From positions 1,107,002 to 1,171,001 of the forward strand of contig CAVXTF010000002.1 in assembly GCA_963764615.1 (NCBI GenBank): a DNA stretch of 64,000 nucleotides, in the 5' to 3' direction. The position numbers and the translations under genes are program-made. Source of the stretch: an uncultured Acidimicrobiales bacterium (GTDB lineage Bacteria; Actinomycetota; Acidimicrobiia; Acidimicrobiales; CAVXTF01). Shown in pieces: positions 32,701 to 43,290 of this stretch; the stretch's first letter is position 1, and each line of letters starts with the position of its first letter. The notes beneath the pieces were generated by a model that was given only the letters and a program-made list of their open reading frames with translations, did not search any database and had not been told where the DNA came from.

Positions 32701-32831
32701 GGTCTTCATCGGTGACGCGCGCAGACCGGCCTGCCGCGGCCTCCGGTCCCACAGACGGTCGGACCGGTCAGGTGGCTCGGAGAGACCAGTCGGGAGCTGT
32801 TGTCGCATCCACGGGAGCTGCGCGTGGGTGA
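29772..32831 (+). CDS. Large GT2 glycosyltransferase fused to a multi-TM membrane domain
   Basis: N-terminal GT2 (HDD, GPKL, GGFDP, EDLDLCWRA) followed by many hydrophobic helices; typical partner of DUF5719. Confidence 0.85.
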   Translation: METLAPPVVVVVVTHDPGPWFETTLEAIGGQDYPEVSVLVLDAASGEDPTGRVAAALPDAFVRRLEANEGFGATANAAISMVEGADFLVFSHDDVAPEPDALRHMVEEAYRSNAGVVGPKLVEWDRPDRLLHVGVEVDKSGAVADRVERGEVDQAQHDAVRDVFSTPGGFTLVRRDLFVELGGFDPHLVVMGEDLDLCWRAQIAGARVIVAPDARVRHLELLASGRRENPTSTEPAGDSRERSVSLQELQRRGELHAALKAYGPAHRVRVIPQIAVLAAAEILVFVVTGRRSRASAVAGAWRWNFRLRSAIRRERTGVQAYRRVSDTDVRRLQMSGSDRVRRYLRRSLNQGLAAAHIGPDAVVAESHRIAAFRRPSARMVAWTALLLVVVFGARTLLTDGLPVVGQLLRVPPPGSLMAQFADGQQVFGAHTADTTTPATLLIAIVGYLLFGSVGLLQTVLVLGCLPVGAFGVARLCRNFASPWAPLVGAATYLAVPLPYDDIATGRLDALFAYAAIPWLMLGLARASELRPFEPRAHAPGTAGVSGAGPLSRFGRPIRRTLLIGAVLALLLAFDPSGGLVFALLGAGLALGILITAGDGVNRAAIRVALTAIGALAMSILLLAPWSISVLTGTSPAVLLAGTRPGAGASFGWGDLLRLSPGPIGMTALVFGLLAAAALPLLIGRSWRLGWSGRAWICALVAWFFALAVERGWTGSFAVLPGEYLPIAACGIAMSAALGVSAFRADLPGSRFGWRQIALVVAAAGAVLGALPVIAATAGGRFDLPPSGFNQALSWMSSGSPANGPGVLWLGDSAVVPGKAWPLAAGLGYLVLPGVPDLTSLWQRGPTAGDTQVARDVKLAWSGRTVELGHLIALNSVKYVVVVGALAPDIPGLQEPTASPPPESLVSALDAQSDLRQLPTEGGYDIYINPEYAPSPVGRAVAAPGANGFEVAGELVFWVVFAALIVALGPRRPGRRVRSSSVTRADRPAAASGPTDGRTGQVARRDQSGAVVASTGAARG

Positions 32832-34224
32832 GCCCGGCAAACGGCTCGTGCTGGCCGGGCTCGTCGTGGCCGCGCTCACCGGCGCGACAGTCGCGGCGCG
32901 GCTGACGGCGGATGTCCGATCGGGCCTCCCTCCTGTGACGGCTACGCCACCGCCCGCGGCCGGTGCGAGTTTCGTTGCGCCAGGGAACGTGTCTTCGACC
33001 GCGTGGTACTGCAGCGCGGGGGCGCCCGCGACACTGATGCTCTCCAGCATTTCTCGCTCCGCAGTGCGAGGTACCGTCACATGGGTCGGCCGAGCGGCAA
33101 CCACGACTGTCTCCGTCCCGCCGAACGGTCAGGCTGAAGTACGTCCCCCCGCAGCCGCGAAGGGACCGTCGGCGGCCACGGTCCTCTTGTTCGGAGGCGG
33201 GGTCGCTGTGAGCGAATCCGTGCGCGACGCAAACGGGTGGAGCGTCGCTGCGTGCGCCTCTTCGACGTCCACCAGCTGGTACTTCCCGCAGGGATCCACT
33301 GTTGCCGGGGACACGGTCACCTTGGATCTGTATGACCCGTCGGTTACGCCCGCGGTCGTCGACGTGGACGTCGTGACGCCGTCGGGAGAGGCGGAGCCCG
33401 CTGCGTACCAGGGCCTCGCTGTGCCCGCGGGTGGTCTCGTCTCCGAACATCTCGACACACATGCCACGAGCGCCGCCTTGCTAGGCACGGTGGTGGAGGC
33501 CGCATCGGGCTCAGTGGTCGCAGATGAATTGGACGTAACCACCACAAGTGGCAGGCGCGGCTGTTCCGAGCAGCTAGGGGCTCCGGCCGCCGAGCCGGTG
33601 TGGGCATTCCCCCACACCGTGTTGCCGAAAGGCGGAACGGTACAGGTGAACGTGATCGACCCCGGTACCGCCGGGAGCAACCTGGTGCTCGACGCCACAT
33701 ACGGAGCCGGCGTGGCGGTCCATCCGGTAACGGCCTTTGTGAAGGGCCAATCGACGTCCGACATCACCCTCCGCAGCCAACCCGGGTTGGCCGTCAATAC
33801 GCCGTATTCCATAGTGATTACGGCGAGCTCGCCGGTGGTGGTGGGCCGGGCGATATATGCAACGAAGAAATCCGGCAGGCCCAACGCCGGATACACCCTC
33901 GGCGTGGCTGTGGGAGCAGAGCGTTGGCTCGTCCCCGGCGTGGTGCCATCAGGCCACCCGACCTCTTTCGCCATCGAGGCGCTAGGCCGCAAGCCGGTCC
34001 GTGTGACCGTAACTAGATCTGCCGGTGGTCCGGCTCCGGTCCCAGGCGGGCGCGACTCTGCAGTGGTCTTCCCCGGGGAGGAGGTCAACGTCAACCCGAA
34101 GTCGCTGGCCTCTTACTCGGGTCCACTCGTCGTCGTCGCGGACGGTCCGGTCGCCGTCGAGCTCGATGCGGGCCCTTCTGGCTCACCAGGGATAGTGGTC
34201 GTGCCGGCGTTCGTCCTGCCCTGA
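32824..34224 (+). CDS. DUF5719-like exported protein
   Basis: Signal anchor, WYC and WYFP.GST motifs, beta-rich repeats; directly downstream of the large GT2. Confidence 0.7.
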   Translation: MGEPGKRLVLAGLVVAALTGATVAARLTADVRSGLPPVTATPPPAAGASFVAPGNVSSTAWYCSAGAPATLMLSSISRSAVRGTVTWVGRAATTTVSVPPNGQAEVRPPAAAKGPSAATVLLFGGGVAVSESVRDANGWSVAACASSTSTSWYFPQGSTVAGDTVTLDLYDPSVTPAVVDVDVVTPSGEAEPAAYQGLAVPAGGLVSEHLDTHATSAALLGTVVEAASGSVVADELDVTTTSGRRGCSEQLGAPAAEPVWAFPHTVLPKGGTVQVNVIDPGTAGSNLVLDATYGAGVAVHPVTAFVKGQSTSDITLRSQPGLAVNTPYSIVITASSPVVVGRAIYATKKSGRPNAGYTLGVAVGAERWLVPGVVPSGHPTSFAIEALGRKPVRVTVTRSAGGPAPVPGGRDSAVVFPGEEVNVNPKSLASYSGPLVVVADGPVAVELDAGPSGSPGIVVVPAFVLP

Positions 34225-34302
34225 GGGCTCCCGAACGCGCGCCCTGCGGACTCCTTCCGGAGGTCAGGTCGGTCAGGCCCCTCAGGTCCGATTGCGGCGA
34301 GT

Positions 34303-36559
34303 TCAGCCGGCGGGCTGGCCGCCCGCCTGGGGAAACGGGCCGGCGACGGGCGACGCCGGTGCGATCGGAGAGCTCGCGACTCCGGGGGTCGCGACCGGAA
34401 CGGTCTCGGGCTGGTCGGCGCCGGCATTCGCTCCAGGGGGTGGGGTGCCGATCTGTGCTCCAGCGGGTGCGGCGCCGGCATTCGCCCCAGCGGGTGGGGT
34501 GCCGACCGGCGCCCCAGCGGGAACGGCGACCGGATGAGCCGCATCTTGCGCCGCCGCCGCCGTCGTCTCTCCGGGCACCTCGAGGTGGCGTTCGGGACGT
34601 CCTTTAGGCACGGGGTGAACCGGTCGCCCATAGGCCTCGTCGACGAGGCTACCCACGCTCGCGCCGTCCACCGTCTCCTGTCTGAGCAGCGCCTCGGCGA
34701 CGGCCTCGAGCCCGCGGCGGTGGCGGGTGAGCACGTCGAGTGCGCGCTCTTCTTGCTCGCGCAGGATCTTCGCCACCTCTGCGTCGATGACCCGGCTCGT
34801 GTCCTCGGAATAGTCGCGGGTGTGCATGAGGTCCTCGCCCAGGAAGACCATTCCCTGTGATCCCCACGCCATAGGGCCGAGCTCGCCGCTCATGCCCCAC
34901 TCCCTCACCATCTTGCGCGCGAGCTCCGTGTTTCCGACGAGGTCGTTGTTCGCACCGGTGGAGAGGTCTCCGTAGACGATCAGCTCAGCTGCTCTTCCGC
35001 CCATGCGGACGCAGACCGAGTCCTCTATGACCGCTCGGGGGTAGATGTGCCTCTCTTCGAGACGGAAGCTGCTGGGTCGCGCCGAGCGCCATACCCGTCG
35101 GGAATATCGTCACCTTGTGGACCGGGTCGGCGTGAGGCAGCACGTAGGCGAGAACGGCGTGACCGCCCTCGTGGTAGGCGACGCGTTCTTTCTCCGAGTC
35201 CGACAGGATGAGGCTCTCGCGCCTTTGGCCCATGAGGACTCGGTCGCGTGACTCTTCGAAGTCGCGCATCTCGATCTGCTTGGCGCCACGCCGGACCGCG
35301 TAGAGGGCGGCCTCGTTGACGAGATTGGCGAGGTCGGCTCCGCTCATCCCCGGCGTGCCCCGTGCAACGAGGGCAAGGTCGACGTCGGGTCCGACCCGCT
35401 TGTCCTTGCAGTGCACGCGCAGGATCGGCAGGCGCTCTTCGAGGTCAGGAAGCGGCACCACGATCTGGCGGTCGAAACGACCGGGCCTGCAGCAGTGCGG
35501 GATCCAGGATATCCGGACGGTTCGTAGCCGCGATGATCACGACGCCCTCTGCGGGGTCGAACCCGTCCATCTCGGAGAGCATCTGGTTGAGGGTCTGCTC
35601 GCGCTCGTCGTGGCCTCCGCCGAGCCCCGCTCCTCGCTTCCGGCCGATCGAGTCGATCTCGTCCACGAAGATGATCGCGGGAGCCTGTTTGCGGGCTGTC
35701 TGGAACAGGTCGCGGACACGGCTTGCGCCTACACCCACGAACATCTCCATGAAGTCGGAGCCGCTGACCGACATGAATGGCACACCGGCTTCACCCGCGA
35801 CGGCCCGCGCGAGAAGGGTCTTGCCCGTGCCGGGAGGGCCGACAAGAAGGATCCCCTTCGGGTATACGCGCTCCCATCTCCTTGAAGCGCTGCGGAGATT
35901 TGAGGAAGTCGACGACCTCGCTTATCTCGAGCTTGACGCCGTTGTAACCGGCGACGTCGGCGAACGTCGTCCGGGGACGTTCGGTCGAGTACAGCCGCGC
36001 CCTGGATCGGCCGATCGACATGATCCCCGACATGCCCGCCTGGGTGCGCCTGAGGAAGAACCATGCGATCGCGACGATGATCAAGATCGGAAGCAGATAG
36101 AGGATGATCTCGCCCCACTCCGAGGGTGACGAGTTCTCGAACGTGACCGTGACGCCGTTGGACTGCATCTGGGGCGCTTCGGTGTCGAGCGTGGGATGCG
36201 GGCCGTCCGTCGTGTAGCTCTCGCCGGTCGTGAGCTTGCCCGTCACTATCCCCGTCGTGTTGTCGATCTGCCGCGGTCGCGACCTGCTTGGCGTCCACCT
36301 TCTGAATGAACTGCGACCATCCGATCTGGGTCGCCGACGGCTTCGAGAGGAGCGAGGGGACCGACAAGAAGACAATGAGAAGCACGATCACGGCTACGAG
36401 AACGAACTTCCAGCTGCGGTCGCCGGTTGGGGGAGTGGGGCCGGGCCCCGGCCCGGGTCCCTGGCCCTGTCCCTGAGGTCCTTGGCCGGGTGAGCCGCGG
36501 CCCCCCGGCATCCCAGGTCCGAACTTGGGCACGTCGTTGTTCGTCCCTGGCGGGCTCAT
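34303..36559 (-). CDS. ftsH: ATP-dependent zinc metalloprotease FtsH; about 4 frameshifts (near 36275, 35855, 35487, 35063)
   Basis: [48 protein letters not shown] and GGRAAE across consecutive frames. Confidence 0.9.
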
Positions 36560-36722
36560 TTCTCCATGGTACGCGCCACGTGCGCCGCTCCCGGCACCAA
36601 CCCCGCAAAATGCTGCGCCCGCGGGGACCCGGCAGCGCCTCGGAGGCGGGGCGGTGTCGGCGCAGTAGCGGCCCCTGGGCGGCCCAGTTGGGCACAGGGC
36701 GGGCCTCGCTACTCTTGTCGCG

Positions 36723-37601
36723 ATGTCCGGCGCTGACGGCCCGTTAGGTCGGGGGACGCCGAGCATGCCGCAGGCGAGCGACAACGAGCCCGTCGTGACG
36801 GGCCAGAGCAGCGAGCCGGCTGATCCTCTCTACAGGCGTCCTCCCGCCGATTACGCGTCGGCACGCCTGTGGTTCGGGTTGGCGGTCGGCGGCTTCGCGG
36901 CGGGATATCTGGCGAGCGCCGTGCTCCTCACTGTTTTCGCGGCTGCGAGCGGAAATCTGAAGGACCTCTCGCATCTCGAAGGTATGTCCGTGCCTCCGTG
37001 GTGGGTGACGATCGCGGGCCTCACCGGATTGTGGATGGGGTTCCTCGGAGCCGTCTTCCTAGCTAGCCGGCTCCGCGGTTCGGGGAACCCTGTGGCCGAC
37101 ATGGGACTCCGGGTCTCGCGCTGGGACGCGCCAGTGGGGATCGTGATCGGCATCGTCGGCCAGCTCGCGGTGGACCTTCTCTACCTTCCGTTCGAACGTG
37201 CGATCCCCAGTCTCCAGCACGACCTGAACGCGCCGGCCAACCGCCTGACCGGGGGATTCCACGGAGCCGATCTGGCCGTGATCGCCGTGCTCACAGTCGT
37301 CGTCGTGCCGATCGTAGAAGAGCTGTTCTTCCGCGGCCTTTTGCTTCAGTCCCTGGTCCGGCTCTTCAGGGGCGCCGGAAGTCGGCTCGGGCCGACGCTC
37401 TCCGTCTTGTCGACCGGGATCCTCTTCGGGCTCGCGCACGCAGAGCCCGTCCAGCTCGCGGGCCTGGCTCTGTTCGGGGTCGTGCTGAGCGTCATGGCCT
37501 ACAGGACCGGCCGGCTCGGAGCCTGCATGTTCGCTCATGCCGCATTCAACGGATTCGCGGTCGTTGTGGTTGCATCGCAGGGGCGAATCACTTTCATCTG
37601 A
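36723..37601 (+). CDS. CPBP (CAAX/Abi) family intramembrane glutamic protease
   Basis: EELFFRG, FGLAH and HAAFN motifs in a multi-TM protein. Confidence 0.9.
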   Translation: MSGADGPLGRGTPSMPQASDNEPVVTGQSSEPADPLYRRPPADYASARLWFGLAVGGFAAGYLASAVLLTVFAAASGNLKDLSHLEGMSVPPWWVTIAGLTGLWMGFLGAVFLASRLRGSGNPVADMGLRVSRWDAPVGIVIGIVGQLAVDLLYLPFERAIPSLQHDLNAPANRLTGGFHGADLAVIAVLTVVVVPIVEELFFRGLLLQSLVRLFRGAGSRLGPTLSVLSTGILFGLAHAEPVQLAGLALFGVVLSVMAYRTGRLGACMFAHAAFNGFAVVVVASQGRITFI

Positions 37602-37657
37602 GGCGCCTGTAGGGCACCTGCCCCCTCGCAGACGTCCACGTCAGGCACGATGGGGAG

Positions 37658-40020
37658 ATGCGCCGCTTCACCCCCGTGGCTCTGGCCACCCTCGTGGCCC
37701 CCCTGACCGTGATCGTGGTCGTGATCCTTGCGATGCATCCGGCGCTTCTCGTGACCAACTCGACCACGACCGGGGGCGACACCGGCTCCCACGTCGCGAT
37801 CGCATGGTTCCTGCGAGCAAACCTTCTTCCCCACTTCCACCTGACGGGTTGGGACGCGGGCTGGTACGACGGCTTCCCTCTCTTCACCTTCTACTTCCCG
37901 TTCCCCGACCTGATAGCCGCCCTCGGGAGCTACGTGATCCCCGGGAACATCGCATTCAAGTTCGCGACGCTGCTCGGATCGGTCACCCTGCCGATCGCAG
38001 CATGGGCTTTCGGAAGGCTTGCGGGTCTGGCAAGGCCGAGGCCGGCCCTCCTCGCCGCGTTCACGCTCCCGTTCCTGTTCGACCAGACGTACCAGATATA
38101 CGGCGGCAACCTGTTGTCCACCATGGCCGGCGAGTACGCGTACTCCCTTGGTCTGTCTGTCGCAGTGCTGTACCTCGGAGTCGTGGTGTACGGACTGCGG
38201 ACGGGCCGCCTCAGATGGGTCGGCGCGGTATTGCTCGCGATCTGCGTGGTGTGCCACCTCGTCGGAACTCTGTTCGCGCTGGTGGGGGTCGTGCTCGCCT
38301 TCTTGCTCGGTCCGCCCTCGAAGCAACGTGCGTGGTGGGTGGTGTCGTCCGTCGGCGCCGGGGCGCTTTTGACCGCGTGGTGGTGGGTGCCGTTCATCCT
38401 TCAGCAGTCGTTCACGACGAGCATGGGCTACACGAACGTCCGAACCTTCGTCGATACCCTCCTACCGGAGCCCGACCGTTGGGCGCTCGTGCTCGCGGCG
38501 GTAGGCGTGGTGATAGGGATCCTTCGTCGCCAACGCGGAGTGCTCCTGCTCGGTGGGCTAGGTATCGCCTCTTTGCTGGCGGTCCTGTTCGACCCGCAGG
38601 GAAAGCTCTACAACGTCCGGTTCCTACCGCTTTGGTTCCTCTGCGCCTACCTGCTCGCCGGGATCACCGTCACAGAGGGTCTCGTCTTGCTGGCCAGGTT
38701 GTGGCGGGCTGCTCGCACTGCGCTTTGGAGAGCGACCGTCGGGCTCACTCCCGCATGGGGATCGAAGCAGTCAGACGAGGGATGGCCCCCCGAAGAACCG
38801 CTCCCAGAACTACCGAGGCGGCCGCGCTGGAGGTCCGCCCCCGCGGCGCTCGGTGGTCCTATCGCGGGGGCGGTGATCTCGTGTCTCATCGTCGTGCCGC
38901 TCGCTTGTCGTCTCTTACTCGAGCAATTCCGTGAACACCCCGAGCTTGACGGTCGCGGGAGTCCCCGTCATTCCCCAGATACACATCCGGCACAACATCG
39001 TGACCGACTGGGCCTACTGGAACTACACCGGCTACCAGGGAAAGTCGGGTTGGCCCGAGTTCTCGGGTCTCATGACGACGATGACCGACCTGGGCGAGCG
39101 CTACGGATGCGGCAGAGCGATGTGGGAGTACAACTCGTCGCTCGACCGGTTCGGGACCCCCGAATCGCTGATGGTCCTGCCGATGTGGACCGACGGATGC
39201 ATCAACTCGATGGAAGGACTGTTGTTCGAGTCCTCGTCGTCGACGCCCTATCACTTCTTGAACCAGGCCGAGCTCTCGGTAGCGCCGTCGGAGGCCATGG
39301 CCGAAGAGAACGGGTTGGAATACGGAGGTCTCGACATTCCGCTCGGAATCCAGCACCTGCAGCTTCTCGGAGTGAAGTTCTTCATGGCGTCGTCCGAGGT
39401 GGTGGAACAGGCAGCGAACGCTGACCCCGCGCTGGAGCGGATCGCGACGAGCGGCCCGTGGCACACCCTTTACGAGGGTTCGTACTACGACACCACCTGG
39501 GATATCTACCTGGTCCGCGATTCTCAGATCGTGACGCCTCTGGCCAACCAGCCGGTCGTCCTGCAAGGTGTCGGCAACTCGCAGGCGCAATGGCTGCCGG
39601 TTTCGACGAAGTGGTACGCGAACCCATCGTCGTGGAACATCCAGATGACCCAGGGTGGGCCGGCGAACTGGATCAAGGGTGCAAGCGCCCTTCACCGACC
39701 TGCCGAAAAAAGCCCTTCCCCCCGTGCAGGTCAGCGACATCACCCAGTCAGACGCGGGAGATCAGATCAGCTTCAACGTGAACAGGGTCGGCGTACCCGT
39801 TCTCGTGAAGGTCTCCTATTTCCCTGATTGGCACGCCACAGGAGCCGATGGCCCGTGGCGCTCCGAGCCCAATTTGATGGTGGTGGTCCCGACCTCCCAT
39901 CATGTCGTCCTCAGCTACGGCTCCTCCGGGCCGGGCAACCTCGGTGGGGTCATGACGGTCCTCGGAGTGATCGCGCTTTTAGTGCTGCTACGGCGCCGCT
40001 CAGTGTTAACCGTTCTCTAA
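37658..40020 (+). CDS. Multi-TM membrane protein, PTPS-related/YfhO (GT-C-like); frameshifts near 38915 and 39705
   Basis: TGGD.GSH and GW...WY.GFP.F.FY motifs, many TM helices, and a C-terminal PVLVKVSYFP.W YfhO-like segment. Confidence 0.7.
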
Positions 40021-40106
40021 TACCGCCATCATCGCCCCCAAACGGGGGGACCGCACGATGTCCAGTGGGGTCACACAAAGGCCCCGCTACGACAAGGAGG
40101 GACGAC

Positions 40107-40562
40107 GTGCGGACACGGGTAAAGAGGTTCTCTGTCGCTGCGGTCGCTCTCGGTGCGGCATTGGCCCTCGGGGGCTGCGGCACACCGAGCTCCTCTCACG
40201 TAGCGCTCGGCTCCCCGTCGGCCCAGGTCGGGACGACGCTAGCGAGCGTGAACGCAAGGGGAGACACCGTTACGACCGCCGAGAGCGGAACCGGCAGAGG
40301 CAGTGCCGGTGCCAAGACGACCGGGCCCATCACCTCGGCGCCTGGCCCCACGCACTCGGCTACGACCACGGCCACGACGGCGACCACGACCCGTTCGCCG
40401 GGTGGCGCTTCTGGCGGCGGCGCTTCTACACCGCAGTCGCAAGCTCCGTCCTCACCCGTCAATCAGCAGACGCTCAACGAGATCGCAGACCAGCTTGGTG
40501 CGCTCGGGCAGAGCCTGAGCCAGGCGACAAGCGACCTCGACAACCCACAAGGAGACTCATGA
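40107..40562 (+). CDS. Predicted lipoprotein with Thr/Ser-rich linker
   Basis: RBS AAGGAGG, lipobox LGGC, low-complexity linker and a C-terminal amphipathic helix. Confidence 0.7.
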   Translation: MRTRVKRFSVAAVALGAALALGGCGTPSSSHVALGSPSAQVGTTLASVNARGDTVTTAESGTGRGSAGAKTTGPITSAPGPTHSATTTATTATTTRSPGGASGGGASTPQSQAPSSPVNQQTLNEIADQLGALGQSLSQATSDLDNPQGDS

Positions 40563-41336
40563 TGAACGGTCGTGCAACGAAATCCAGCAGTATCCGCAAA
40601 AGTATTGCCATCGGCGTTCTCGGCGCAGCGGTCGGCGGACTGTTCCCTGCCACGGCGTTCGCAGCTACACCAGCGAGCGGGTCGACCGGTTCCGCGTCCG
40701 GGACGGGATCCCCGTCCGACCCACGCTGCACTCCGGCGGACCTACCGGCCGCGAAGGGATACGTGGAAGGCCTTTTGAAGGCCAGGGTCGTCCGACTCGA
40801 GCGGCTCACCGCGCAGGTGGGGACCGCTAGGTACGTGACCGCGTCGGACAAGGCGGAGCTCGAATCGGAGCTCTCCAACGAGCTGAGTGGCATGCAGTCG
40901 CTCGAGCAGCAGGTCCCGGGCGACACCACGTGCGCGGAGCTCGTAACCAATGCGGAGACCATGGTGTTCAACTACCGCGTGTACTACGTGATGACCCCTC
41001 AGACGGAGCTCGTCGTGGTGGCGGACACCGAGACGGCGTGTCGCGTCGGACATCGTCAGGTGGGAGCCGGGTATCCAGGCGGCGATCACCTACGAGGCGG
41101 CGCACGGCAAGGACGTAGCAAAAGCGCAGAAGGCGCTCGACGACATGAAGGCTCAGCTGACCGACGCCCTCGGGACTCTCGACGGAGTTTCGTCCACCGT
41201 CCTCGCGCAGACCCCTTCGGGCTACCCCGGGAACCACGTAGTGTTCGTAGCTGCCCGCAACAGGTGCGCCGATGCGTTCAGTGACCTCGGTCACGCTCGG
41301 GCCGACCTCGGCACGATCTTGAGCGTCCTGTCCTAA
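40559..41336 (+). CDS. Secreted all-helical hypothetical protein; frameshift near 41040
   Basis: ATGA coupling, signal peptide ending AFA, and a helical body with YRVY.V..PQ that continues in the 41145..41336 frame. Confidence 0.65.
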
Positions 41337-41466
41337 GGCGGCCGGACTCGGCAAGCATTCGAGGAAAACAGGATCTTTATCAACAGGGACGTATTTTCGA
41401 GATATCTCACGAAGAAGGACGCAAGAACAAAGGACACAAGAGCATCAGTGAGATAAGAGTCCCGAG

Positions 41467-41496
41467 TCATCGGGGCCTCGTGCGGGGCCCCGATGA
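41467..41496. terminator. GC-rich hairpin
   Basis: TCATCGGGGCC / GGCCCCGATGA, a perfect 11-bp stem; no U-tract. Confidence 0.45.
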
Positions 41497-41531
41497 AATT
41501 CAGTTCGGCACCCGGTAGGCTGGCCGGCGCG

Positions 41532-42934
41532 ATGGCCGCCCTCGACATGTCTTCAAGGCCTACGACGTCCGGGGCACGGTGCCCGATCAGTTGGATGCCC
41601 GCATGTGCCGGGCCGTCGGCTGGGGGTTCGCCGCGATTCGCAGGGGCCGGGCGGATCATTGTCGCCCGCGACATGCGCGAATCGGGGATCGAGCTGTCGG
41701 AAGCGTTCTCGGCGGGTGCCAGAGCGGCCGGAGTCGGGCGTGGTCGACATAGGTCTCGCCTCGACGGATCTTCTCTACTTTGCCTCGGGCCGGATGGGGC
41801 TGCCGGGAACGCATGTTCACCGCTTCGCACAACCCGGCCAAGTACAACGGGATGAAGTTCTGCCTGGCCGGCGCCCGACCGGTCGGCCTCGAGACACGGC
41901 CTCGCCGACGTCAAGCGGGCCGCAGCCGAGGCGATCGGACTCGGGCGAGGATCTCGGGGTGCCGAGGGCGGGCAGAGAAGAGACCAGCCTGATCGAGGAA
42001 TATGCCGCTCACGTCAGAGCGTTCCTCGGCAGCGGGGATATCAGCCCGCTGAAGGTGGTGGCGGACACCGCGAACGGCATGGGGGGGCTCGTGGTCCCGA
42101 AGGTCTTCGAAGGGCTGCCGTTTCGATCTGCAAGTGCTCTTCGGCGAGCTCGACGGCACGTTCCCGAACCATCCAGCCGACCCGATACAGCCCGCGAACC
42201 TGGTCGAGTCTGAAGCGGGCCGTGCTCGAGCGGGGTGCAGACATCGGCCTGGCGTTCGACGGCGATGCGGATCGCGTATTCCTGGTCGACGAGCAGGCGA
42301 GCGGAGGTCTCGGGATCGCTCACGACCGCGCTCGTGGCAAAGGCGATGCTTGCGCGCACCCAGGCGCGACGATCCTCTACAACCTCATCTGCTCACGCGT
42401 GGTCCCGGAGACCATCATCGAGTGCGGCGGTACGTCCCTGTCAGGACGCGAGTCGGACATTCCTTCATCAAGCAGGTCATGGCCGAGACGAATGCAGTGT
42501 TCGGCGGGGAGCATTCGGGGCACTACTACTTCCGGGACAACTTCCGTGCAGACTCGGGCATCATCGCCGCGATGGTCGTTCTCGGGATGATGTCTGAGTC
42601 CGGTTCTTCGCTGTCCGAGCTGCTCGCTCCTTACAGGCGCTATGCCCAGTCGGGAGAGGTGAACCTCGAGCACCCCGATCCGGCCGGAGCGGTCGAGGCT
42701 GTGGCCCGGGAGATGAGCGCAAGAGGGAGAGCGATCGACAGGACAGACGGCGTGACGGTGGATCACCCGGATTGGTGGTTCAACCTGAGGCCATCGAACA
42801 CCGAGCCGCTGCTGCGGCTGAACGTCGAGGCGCGCACCGAATCGAGGAGTGCGCTGCGCACGTCCGCGAGGTCATCGATCTCGTCTCCGAGTCGAGCGGC
42901 ACGGTCCCGACCCCGGCGGCTAGAGCATCCCTGA
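41532..42934 (+). CDS. manB: Phosphomannomutase/phosphoglucomutase; many frameshifts
   Basis: FKAYDVRG, TASHNP..YNG, DGTFPNHPADP, FDGDADR, GGEHSGHYYF and LRPSNTEP, in different frames. Confidence 0.88.
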
Positions 42935-43045
42935 CCGACCAGCTTGGGCGTCCCGGTCCTGGCGACCTTTCGATCACGTGAAATCCTGCGCGACAAGGTA
43001 ACAGTGGCGACCGCCCAAGTCAGACTGAATCAAGAAAGGAAGACG

Positions 43046-43290
43046 ATGGCACTCGACCCGCTTTTGCTCGAGGTGCTGGCGTGCCCTGAGGACAAGGGCC
43101 CGCTTCTGTACTTCGCCGACGAGGACCTGCTGTACAACCCGCGGCTCAAGCGAGCTTATGCAGTGATAGACGGCATCCCGAACATGCTCATCGACGAGGC
43201 GACGACAGTGGACGACCAGGAGCACGAACGCCTGATGGCGAAATCTGCTGCCGGGGGCGCGACGAGCACCATGCCAGGGCGGGAAGGTGA
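43046..43290 (+). CDS. Trm112 family protein; end uncertain, reads in-frame into the next gene as assembled
   Basis: MALDPLLLEVLACPEDKGPL...Y.VIDGIPNML.DEA; RBS AAAGGAAG. Confidence 0.8.
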
